Assembly: GCA_043228905.1 (NCBI GenBank)
Contig: JBHGNT010000006.1
Span: 16,554,001-16,618,000 of the forward strand
Direction of reading: 5' to 3'
From: Azolla caroliniana
Lineage: Eukaryota > Plantae > Polypodiophyta
DNA length: 64,000 nucleotides
Shown: positions 36,284 to 46,379 of the stretch, one piece after another
Layout: each line of letters begins with the position of its first letter
How positions within the stretch are numbered: position 1 is the stretch's first letter
Made by a program: the position numbers and the translations under genes
The notes under the pieces: generated by a model
Database searches by the model: none
What the model was told of the DNA's origin: nothing
What the model saw: only the letters and a program-made list of their open reading frames with translations

Positions 36284-37233
36284 AGGGGGTGGGTGTCGTG
36301 AAGAATGTGCTTCACGATATAAAAATGAGCTAAAATGTTGTATTTTATAATATTTGAGAGACTTGAACCCACACCCTTATATACGAAGTACAATGTACAT
36401 ACCACTAGGCTAGGCTATTTATTTGTAAAATTGTGTAATAAATGTGCTTCATGATATAAGAATGAAGCTATATATTGTATTAAGCAAAATTGAGAGACTT
36501 GAACTCTCAACCTTGTATGCCAAACACAAAGTATACACCACTAAGCTAGGTTAGTTATTTTAGAATGCATTTTCATCATTATACTTATCCCATATCTATT
36601 TTCATACATGGGAGCTCAAGTGACCATGATGGCTACCATGCATCACGTGCAATACATGTGCGCCAAATGGCGATCATGCATTACATGTAACTCATGCATT
36701 GCATGCATGCCATGCTCCCATACATTACCATATGCATGACAACACTTATAAAAAGACGGGCAAGGAAAACAAAGGGAATCAAGGGAGAGAGGAAAAATAA
36801 TACAATCAAGCAAAGAAGACTAGCTCATTGGGTGGAGAACCTCTCATTTCGAAGTTGAGGTCGTGGGTTCAAATCAAGGGTCGGTAGAGAATGTGTTCAG
36901 TTTGCGATCAAGGATTGTAAAGTTGGTAAAATATTGTCTTTCTAATATACATCATGTTTATAACAAATACTCTTGCTTCTTGATTCATACTTTGTCTCAA
37001 TCTTTCTTATTAAATCATATTTTGTCTCTATCTTGCTTCTTGAATCATATATTGTCTCTATCTTCTATCTGTTCTCATCTCTCTCTCACACACACATTAC
37101 TCGTAACTCTTCTTCTTGCTACTCTTAACCTTTCTAACATCACCATACAAGCCTTATTAAAATTTAAGTTCCTTCAACTCCCCTTAACCTTCGTCCTTGA
37201 GACTTCGCCGCACAAACCACAACTACCCCGACA

Positions 37234-38077
37234 TCGGTTCCTCTTCACTTGTTGCAATCACTGACGTTCCTCTCTTTTCCGAAATCTTCTTCGGTCCCGA
37301 ACCGTCTACTCGCCCTTTGGCTTTCCGAAAGTGTCGGCAGCTCTTTTGGAAGTGAATTGGTTTCCCGCAGTAGAAACAGGTAGGCTTCCCCCTCTACTTC
37401 GACCTAGTCCCCGACTTGTCTCGGTTTTGGGGACTTCTGTTCCGGCCTCTTCCCCGGTTAGTGTCGTCTTCCTTGACTAAGGCTTTCGGGTCAATTCTGG
37501 ACTCACGGTCCTTCCGGCGAGCTTCTTCGTTTAGCAAACTTGACTTCACTCTCACGAGTTAGAAGTTCTTTTCATCCGGTCTGGCGTTTCCCAGAGTGAT
37601 AACAAACGTCTCCTAGCTATCCAAAAGGGATCCGAGCAATAACAATGCCAATACTTCTTCGGTTAACGGTACGTCAAGCGAGGTAGTCTGGTTTATCAGC
37701 CCTTGGAAGGCATTCATATGCTTTGCCATGCTGGCATCGTCTTGATACCGGAGCCTCATTATCTTTTGGAATACTGAGACTCAATTTACGACATTTTTGT
37801 TCTCCAACATTGTGCCAATCTTCTCGTAGAGTACATGGGCCTTATTCTCTTCATTGAAGTTGTTGTACAGGCTCATGTCGATGAAGCATCTTATGTATGC
37901 CATCATCTTCATATGCATTACTTTCTAGGTCATGGTAGTGATCTTGTCCGGTCTGTTGTCTCTAAACTATACCAACAACCAAAGATCTTTGACTACTAGC
38001 ATGTCTCTCATCTTTGACTTCCACATTGGATAGTTGGAGCCGATGATCTTGAACATGCCACCAAATGACTCTTCCAT
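37234..38077 (-). pseudogene. Old Tork-like gag
   Basis: Starts MEESFGGMFKI and contains LLNEEARRKD and the knuckle CFYCGKP.HF. Homologous to 11612-12500. Confidence 0.75.
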
Positions 38078-38122
38078 TCTCTTTCTTTGTTTGAAGTTTC
38101 GAACTTCGCTCTGATACTAGTT

Positions 38123-38637
38123 TGTGAGGAATTGTTCTAACTGAGGTCCAAACTCACTGTGGAAGAAACAAATAAAACAGAAAATCTGATGACACTATGT
38201 ATTTACGTGGAAAACCTCGAGAGGGAAAACCACGGAAGTTCTCTGACTCCGAACAGAATCACTATAGAGAAGAGGTATACAAATGTGTGACTCTGAGGCA
38301 AGGACCTCGAGCTCTATCTTCACCAACCGGTGGTTACAACAGAAAAGCTTTTTGTATCTCTCTGTCTCTTTGTGTACGACAATAATAATGATCACATCTA
38401 CACACTCAACAATATTGCCCTAGTTATATTTATACTTATATAACTTTGGGGTATTTACAAATATGACCTCAATAGTCACATCGGAACATATTTACTAATA
38501 TGTCCGACCGGATACAAACCGGATCCATCCGATCCGGTTTCCGAATACCTTTTGGATCCATCCATCTGGTCCAGTTCCTTCCTTCGACTCATCTCCTTCT
38601 CATCCGGATCCCATCCAAAGGGACCGGTTTCCCAACA
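38123..38637 (-). repeat. 5' LTR of the old Tork-like element
   Basis: Minus-strand start tgttgggaaaccggtccc; degenerate PBS TAGTATCAGAGC at 38108-38119. Confidence 0.85.
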
Positions 38638-41021
38638 GATTTCTACCAAACGAGGAGCTGCAGGACGATCAACGATCCCAACAAACACCGTCGTATGACC
38701 CTTGCCCAAGCAATGAACCTATCCACCACTGTTGCCACAACCAAAATAGGGGGAATCTAGCACAATGGTCCTTGTAATATGTTTCTGTTGCAACAAACTG
38801 AGGCATTACACCACTCGGTGTCCGGACAACAATCGTGGGAAGGCACCTGCAGTCAACACCATCACCACCGAGGTTCAACAAGTCACAACATGCAACAATA
38901 GTCAACAATCCCAATGGGATGTTTAGGACGAGATTCGCCAAGCCACTTAAGTTTGGATTGAGACATCCAACAACGCGAATGCCGCCAGGATGCAAACCGA
39001 AACCGAGAATATCACCATTGGCAACCCCCAGGCTTCTACTTCTGCCACCACTGACATTCCCAAGAAAGATCCAATCTGGTAGGCGTTAACAAGTTGTGAA
39101 ATCTTGAGGCCACTCAACAAACTCCTTCACCTCCTTCCCCGCTTCCAAGAAACGGTAGTAACCATGAGAAGCGCCAAGGAATGCTTCAATCAAGCAATGG
39201 ACCATAAATAATGGACACACAAAGCCCAACTATCAAGCTCTTAGTCAAAGGCCAAGAAGTATGCGGTTGCATAATCAATGGTAGCTCAGGTGTCAATGTC
39301 ATCAATGAAGCTACAAGCAATCCAATGCACGACATGTCTCAATTTGGGGCATTCTATGATCAAATGCTCTTTACGAACTCATTCTCTAATCTACCATTCT
39401 AAGGCACATATGATCGACCAATACAAGTACAATTAGCTCAATAAAGTTGCGGCACCAGTCAGACAGATACAACCATAGGACGACCGCGAAGACGATCATA
39501 ATCGGTCGGTACACCGGTTTTGGGAAGACGATCAGCCAAGATATGATGATTTCCACTTGTAGGATCCCAATCGATGAGATGATTACCACCAAGATGATCG
39601 ATACAATGAATATCGACGATAGGACGGTCGCCATGATGAGTATTTTAAGGGATAGTCGGAACAATGATGACCGGGAATATTCACCGCACCAAGATAGATA
39701 TGATCGATGACCTTATAGGGATAATAGATATCATGATGAGAGAAGGTCCTATGATCGAAGAAGGAATGAAGACAATCGACCACATAATCGTCAGTTTCAA
39801 AATGACAGGCGGGATGATAACAGAAGACCTATTAAGGCATCCAAACAATTTTAGTATAATTCCAGAGCCAGGGATGAGCCAGAACCACAAGATGTTCTGC
39901 AATCACAATATATAAATGGCGAATCCAGTGGGTTATCAATGCCGAATTGCTCTATTTGCAAGAAAGATGGTCATTATGCCAATCAATGTCCAACAACAAA
40001 TAAAGGAAAGACACTAGTAGTAGACATGGTCACTACAGAGTGTCAGCAAAGCTAAACAATCCGAGTGGGATATACAGGAAGTAGTTAGGAAAGCAACAAA
40101 GAAATGGGACGAGGAGGAGAACAATAACAACGTCGCAGGATGCTGGAAGGGAGTACTGGCCCGAATGTCATGACCGACAGGTCGGGAAGTCGACAGGAGG
40201 AAGCACCGACTGATACACCTGACGACGATTAAGCATGGAAAGTCTTGGCAAATTGCCAAATATCAATACCATAGACATGATTATTAAAATTAGTTCCTCG
40301 GTTCAAAGAGAAGGTGGCTACCATTATTGCAAGGAAGGAGTCGGAAAAAGTATCGGTAAATTTCATTAATCCAATCAAAGGACTGACAATAATGGACGAG
40401 CATAGTCCAACAATTCATGACCAAGAAGTTTCTGGAAGTATTGTTGATTGTGGGTCAGCATTCAATGTCATTAATAAGGTCACTTGTGATTGCTTAGGTA
40501 TCACTACCTCCATTCTGGTTACGAATGACAAATACCAGTACGGTCCGACCAATAGGATTCATCTCACAACTCGATATTGTTATTGGTAGTCATACTTTTC
40601 AAATATCGGCAGACGTACTTCATTTGGAGGCACAAGGAGCTTACCCTTTGCTATTGGTTCGAGCATGCCTTCACACTTCCAATATCAAACAGAATTGGCA
40701 AAAGAATATTCTGACATTCTGGAAGGGCAAAGCAAAGAGATGTAGTCGGCCAACAAGATAAGGCTTACCGAACTATTACGACAATACAAAGATGTGTTTG
40801 TGTGATCGTTTGAGGATATGAAGGGACTAGATCTGGCCGTCTATCAGAATAATATTAATTTGCACAAGGATGTGAAGCCGGTACAACAAAGGTGGTAGCA
40901 CCTAAACCCGAATTATGTAGTCAAGGTAAATGAGGAGATCGACAAACTGTTGCGAGTCGGCTTCATCCGACCAGTCAAGAAGGCTACTTGGCTTAGTCCG
41001 ATAGTCATGGTACCCAAAAAG
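38638..41021 (+). pseudogene. Degenerate Athila-like gag/protease/RT-start remnant, apparently rearranged (two protease pieces)
   Basis: HLEAQGAYPLLL...IKQNWQKNILTF and LLRVGFIRPVKKATWLSPIV..PKK match 7585-8457. Protease-like pieces occur at about 39211 and 40390. Confidence 0.75.
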
Positions 41022-42399
41022 TGTTGAGAGACAAGCTCAACATGGGTCGAATTGGCTGAGGAAGCCGAGAGCCGGATTGGATGGAGACCAATCGGCTTGG
41101 CTCGAATCAGTTGGTAGGGCATACAAGATGCACCAATATCTACTCAGTCATGGATACTAGAGTTACGTGGAAGGAGTGAATGATGCAGCACCAGATGCAA
41201 CACACAGGAACTTTCCGGCTTGGGAAGGCGACAAGAAAAGTAATGTACTGTTTCACGTCTAGTGTCAGAGATCAGCTACTGAGCTACATCCGGGACACCA
41301 AGTCGCCAAAGGATGCGTGGGCGAACCTCAAACGGGTTTTCTCCACGAGCATAGTGACTAGGAAGTTGCAGCTTACGCAAGAGCTCAACAGTGTCCAATA
41401 GAAAGATATGTCTATGGCCGATTACACAGCCTGGATACGTGAGATCTGCAATTCCCTCGCCTCCATCAACGTAATTGTCGAGGAGGACGAAATGGTGCAG
41501 GTCTATCTCGGTGGGCTGGCATCCAGGTTCGGATCATTCCAAATGGCAGTCAGCACGAGGGAGAACACACCTTCGTTTTTCGATCTTCCATCGATGTTGC
41601 TTGTTGAAGAAAATCATTCGGGTGTCAACGAGTATGCACACCGACAACAAGATGCTATACAAGGAGGAAGAGAGGCCCTATGGTCGTGGTGGACGAGACA
41701 GATCAGTATGCATTGGAGGCAGTGTCGAGATATTTTCGACACATAGTGTGAAACTACCCTTAAAAGAGAATAAAATAGTAGTCCAAATAAACTAATGTTG
41801 TTAAGTCAACTATAGTAATAAATGAAAGGATAAAAAGTTAGAAGCGGTTTTCAAAAGTAGAGAAAAAGATGGGGAGAAAAAGAAGAAGAAGCACGCGTGG
41901 ATATGAGGAGCACAGTAGAGAAAAAAGCTCATAATTTCTTCGTCAGATGTCCAAATTAGAAACGAAAAGATGCATAAGAAAGCTAACCCAAAGAGCTGTC
42001 CAAGAATATCTTGCATGTGAAATTTGACTCTAGAAAACAGAAATAGTAAGGAAAAGAAAAGTCGACTCATATAGACAAGTTTTTTGTTAGGGGAAAAAGG
42101 CAAGCAATCCTAAACCTATTCTAGTGAAGAAAGGGGGGAGGGAGAAGGAATGCGGAAGCTCTACTCAATTGAAAAGCGGAAGAAGAAGGATCAACAACAT
42201 TGAGAGACATCATCAACAAAGAAACTCCTTCTATACTCCAGTCTCTTCTTTCCTCTACCTCTCTTCCCCCATTCATTTATAAACAATCCTTCATATTCGC
42301 ATCCAACCCATTGTAACATGATTCTTATATTATAAAAGAATCTATTATATTGATATAAACTAATGTTTTCTTTCATCTACTTATCTTATGTGTAAATCT

Positions 42400-43150
42400 T
42401 GATTGTGCTTATTTGTTTGTGTGTCTTGTGACAATGGAGCGTTCCGGGCTTGCCCATGCACCTCTCCTTTCACTAAGGCATTCAAACTTACGTGTCTTAT
42501 ATGTTATCGTCATTTGTGCTTATTTGTTTGTGTGTCTTGTGACAAGGGAGCGTTTCGGGCTTGCCCATGCACCTCTCCTTTCACAAAGGCATTCAAACCT
42601 ACGTGTCTTGCGTGTTAGTGTAAATCTTGCTTGTGTGTTCGTGCGAATTGTGGCAAGGGAGCGTTTGGGCTTGCCCATGCACCTCTCCTTTCACAAAGGC
42701 GTTCAAAATTGTGTCTCCCGTGTGTACACCTTTCTTGTGTGTTCGTGTGACTTGTGGCAAGGGAGCGTTCAGGCTTGCCCATGCACCTCTCCTTTTTTCA
42801 CAAAGGCATTCAAAATTGTGTCTCCCATGTGTAAACCTTGCTTGTGTGTTCGTGCAACTTGTGGCAAGGAAGCGTTCGGGCTTGCCCATGCACCTCTCCT
42901 TTCACAAAGGTTCGAAATTGTGTCTCCCGTGTATAAACCTTGCTTATATGTTCACGTGTTTTGTAACAAAGGAGCGTTCGGGCTTGCCCATGCACCTCTC
43001 TTTTCACAAAGGCATTCGAAACCCTGTCTCTCATGTGTGTAAGTAAGCCTTTCCCTTTTGTGTCCTTGTGTAACCCTTCCTCACGTGCATCCATTTGCCT
43101 TGTGACTAGGGGTTGATTCAGGCTTGCCCATGCACCTCTCCTTTTCACAA
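42400..43150. repeat. Tandem array of about 7 units of ~105 bp inside the LTR
   Basis: Core ggcttgcccatgcacctctcctttcacaaaggc near 42446, 42557, 42668, 42772, 42878, 42980 and 43121. Confidence 0.9.
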
Positions 43151-43290
43151 ACACGTTTGAATACTCGTGCCTTGTTTGTGTAAGCCTTCCTTGTGTTGTG
43201 CGTGTAAGCCCTATTTCCTTCCTGTCCATAACCCCAGCGGTTCCGCCTCACGATCCGCACATAGTGACAGATTTTCACGACATAACAAAG

Positions 43291-43326
43291 TGGTGAACCC
43301 GACGTGAATCGAACATTCAACCTTCT
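43291..43326 (+). promoter_or_regulatory. Extended tRNA-Trp PBS (36 nt)
   Basis: TGGTGAACCCGACGTGAATCGAACAttCAACCTTCT, complementary to the 3' half of plant tRNA-Trp (recalled sequence). Confidence 0.8.
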
Positions 43327-45412
43327 AAGGCGAACGAATGCACATGACAACCCCTACTCACAAGGTGAACAAATGCACATGAGGAAGGCTTACACACAGA
43401 CACACAAGGGAAAGGCTTACTTACACACATGAGAGACAGAGTTTCAAATGCCTTTGTGAAAAGAGAGGTGCATCCTGAACACCTCTCCTTTTCACAAACA
43501 CGTTCGAATACTCATGCCTTGTTTGTGTTGTGCATGTAATCCCTATTTCCTTCCTGTCCATAACCCCTGCGGTTCTTCCTCACGATCCGCACATAGAGAC
43601 AGTGTTGAGATACAAGCTCAACATTGGCCGGATCAATTGTGGAAGCCGAGAACCAGATCGGTTGGGATCAATCGGTTAGGCCGGACCGGTGCGTAAACCG
43701 GTGCGCAACGGGAAGCCGTAGCGGTGCGTAAACCGCGAGGCTGTTGGAAAGATATTCCACGTAGGAATATATTTTGGGAGTTAGTGTAGAGCTCCCTTAT
43801 GAGCATTGAAGTACGTGTCAGTACTTCTCTCAGTCCGTATGGAGTTGTATAAAAGTGCTCACTGAGCACATCCTATATACAGATTGAGTATTATTTTTTA
43901 ATTGAGTTTATGTGCATTCTCTCTCTTTGTTTGTCTCTCCCGCATACTATGTATATTCAAGCTCTCCATTAAACCTGTGTTTCTATGTTCAATTTTCTAT
44001 TGCTTCCGCACGCTATTCTATATACTTGACCATCACCCGACTAGATCTCAGCTACCCGGTTGGGGTGATTACTCAGTTCATGGCGCAACCTACCGAGGAG
44101 CACCTTCAATGTGCGCAACACGTACTGCGGTATGTAAGTGGCACTAAGGACCGGGGGCTACTATATCCGACCAGTACAACCTTGAAGTTGGTCGGCTACA
44201 CCGATGCCGACTGGGTTGGCAACATCACCGATCGCCGATCCACGTCTGGTTTCGCGTTCTCCCTTGGGAGTGCCGCGATCGCGTGGAGTAGCAAGAAGCA
44301 GCTGAGAGTTGCGGTGTCGAGCACCGAAGTCGAGTATGGAGGAGCAGCTGTCGCGACATGCAAAGCCATATGGTTGAAGCAACTACTTAAGGATCTGCAG
44401 GTGGAGGTATCTGATCCAACGACAATCTACTGCGACAACCTCTGCAGCATCCAGCTAGCAAAGAACCCTGTCTTCCACGCCCGGACTAAGCACATTGAGG
44501 TGCACTACCATTTTGTCCGTGAGCGTGTCCTCTCCGGTGAAGTCAAACTTCTGTATGTTCCGAGGGATCGACAAACCGCCAACATCTTCACCAAGCTTCT
44601 TGGTTTGGACAAGTTGTGGCAATTCTCGGGTGTGCTCGGGTTGTGTCACCTTGACGTGCCGAACTTGAGGGGGAGAGACGTCCCGAATGACCACGGAAGG
44701 GGGAGAGAACTTCCGGAAGACCGTGACGCCGAGTCGGATGACGAATTCGATTTCGGATCGGCTGAAGAAGGCGAGGGCGGATCCGCGGAAGATTCCGAAA
44801 GCGAATATAAGGGGAGCAATCAAAAGAAAGAACTGAAGCCAACCAAGCGTGGGGGAGACGAAGCCATCAAGGGTGAGAAGACCAAAGACGAGTTGGAGAC
44901 AACCAACTCGGACGAAACCGAAAACCGATCGGAGGAAGTCGAGTCGGTTCGGCTGCTTGATTCGGATACGCCGAATCAACTGAGGGCCAAGCGGAAGAGA
45001 AGGCAGTAGAAGAAGCGCCAACACCACGATAGCAACAAAGCTAAGGAGGGCCGCACAAGCACGCAAGCCAACAAGAAGGGTCGAGGCACGTGGAATCGAA
45101 TTGGTCGAGGAGCGTGAGCAAGACTTGAAGCCAAAAGGAACCAGAGCGTAGATCCGGAAGAGCGGATGGAACCTCAAATTGAGCTTGAGGGGGAGTGTTG
45201 AGATACAAGCTCAACATTGGCCGGATTGGTTGTGCAAGCCGAGAACCGGATCGGTTGGGATCGATCGGTTAGGCCAGACCGGTGCGTAAATCAGTGCGCA
45301 GACCGGTGCGCAACAGGAAGCTGTAGCGGTGTGTAAACCGCGAGGCCGTTGGAAAGATATTCCGTGCATGAATATATTTTGGGAGTTAGTGTAGAGCTCA
45401 CTTACGAGCATT

Positions 45413-45866
45413 TGTTAAGAGACAAGCTCAACATCGGCCGGATCGGCTGAGCAAGCCGAGGACTGGATCGGTTGGGACAGATCGGTTAGGCCGGACCGGT
45501 GCGTAAAACGGGTGCGTAAACCGGTACGCAGACCGGTGTGTAGGAAGGCTGTATCGGTGCGTAAACTGAAAGGCCGTTAGAGAGATATTCCTCGTAAGGA
45601 ATAGTTTTGGGAGTAAGAGTCGAAGCTCATTTATGAGCAGTCAAGTACTGTCAGTACTTGTGTCAGCCCGACTGTCAGGGCTTGTATAAAAGTGCTCACT
45701 GAGCACATCCTATGTACAGATTGAGTATTATTTTTGAATTAAGTTTTTGTGTTTCACTCTCTCTCTCTATCTCTCCCGTGCGTATTGTGCAAACCTAAGC
45801 TTTCCATTAAACTTACGTTTCCTGTTGTTCGGTTTCCTGTATTGCTTTCGCACGCAATTCTTTTCA
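45413..45866 (+). mobile_element. Solo LTR of a family A subfamily inserted in a family A LTR
   Basis: TG...CA termini with perfect TSD gcatt (45408-45412, 45867-45871). Confidence 0.92.
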
Positions 45867-45978
45867 GCATTGAAGTACGTGTTAATACTTCTGTCAGTAC
45901 ATATGGACTTGTATAAAAGTGCTCACTAAGCACATCCTATGTACAAATTGAGTATTATTTTTTAATTGAGTTTATGTG

Positions 45979-45981
<3 letters not shown>

Positions 45982-46026
<45 letters not shown>
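45982..46026. repeat. (CT)n microsatellite expanded within the LTR
   Basis: About 22 CT units, versus about 4 in the partner LTR near 43918. Confidence 0.9.
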
Positions 46027-46028
<2 letters not shown>

Positions 46029-46379
46029 GTCTCTCCCGCATACGGTGTATATTCAAGCTCTCCATTAAACCTTTGTTTCTATGTTCGGTTTTCTATTGCT
46101 TCCGCATGCTATTCTTTTTACAGACGTATTTTCATAGCAACGGCCGAGAAGAGCAGAACCAACGGCATAATCGAAATGTCGACAATAGTTCTAGACCCTC
46201 CATGAGCAGGGGGAGTCAAGGCAATGCCGGAAGTCGACAAGGAAAGCCCGCGACAGATTGGTGGTACTGTGGCCGAAAGGGCCACAGAGAGAGCAAGTGT
46301 TGGAAGAAGTGCGTTGATTCGGACAAAGCCGGATCGAGTTGTGTTGATATGTTGGTAGTTGACTGTTGTACCCGACAAA

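Larger units (their letters stand above)
29772..37233 (+). mobile_element. Full-length Ty3/gypsy non-chromovirus with tRNA-Trp PBS (Phygy-like), degenerate
   Basis: LTRs 29772-30725 and 36294-37233, PBS TGGTGAACCCGACGTGA 30730-30746, PPT 36282-36293, approximate 4-bp TSD gcgg/tcgg. Confidence 0.93.
584..38637 (-). mobile_element. Old Ty1/copia (Tork/Tnt1-like) element, the basal host layer, split into pieces 584-1235, 29315-29771 and 37234-38637
   Basis: Removing the inserts restores the reading frame (HMSQ-KG-MRR across ctttc; EEPLLITE across the 29771/37234 junction). The proteins are homologous to the 10956-16350 element, and its LTR starts similarly (tgttggga..ccggtccc). Confidence 0.85.
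43603..46122 (+). mobile_element. Internally deleted copia family A element (5' LTR fused directly to the RT C-terminus, RNase H and tail; 3' LTR 45196-46122)
   Basis: LTR 43603-~44019 lacks its end and PBS. ORF 43912-45009 contains YTDADW, STEVEY and KHIEVHYHF. PPT at 45185-45195; degenerate TSD gacag/gacgt. Confidence 0.85.
41723..46139 (+). mobile_element. Non-coding Trp-primed gypsy-type insertion: 1.56-kb LTR (41723-43282), extended PBS, rearranged LTR pieces and a second LTR end
   Basis: Termini tgtcga...cacgaca, PBS at 43291, 43479-43602 plus 46128-46139 repeat the LTR 3' end, and the host gag resumes at 46140. Confidence 0.7.
41022..46339 (+). mobile_element. Truncated copia family A copy (LTR start 41022-~41118; gag 41120-41722 and 46140-46339) with nested insertions
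   Basis: tgttgagagacaagctcaaca start; YKMHQYLLSHGY; gag resumes after 46139 with WYCGRKGHRESKC. Confidence 0.8.

Noticed and set aside
42403-43229. Repeat-containing Cys-rich ORFs
   Set aside because: They are translations of the ~105-bp tandem array inside an LTR.
43912-45009. Standalone 365-aa gene
   Set aside because: It is a chance fusion of LTR sequence to a copia RT/RNase H remnant created by an internal deletion.
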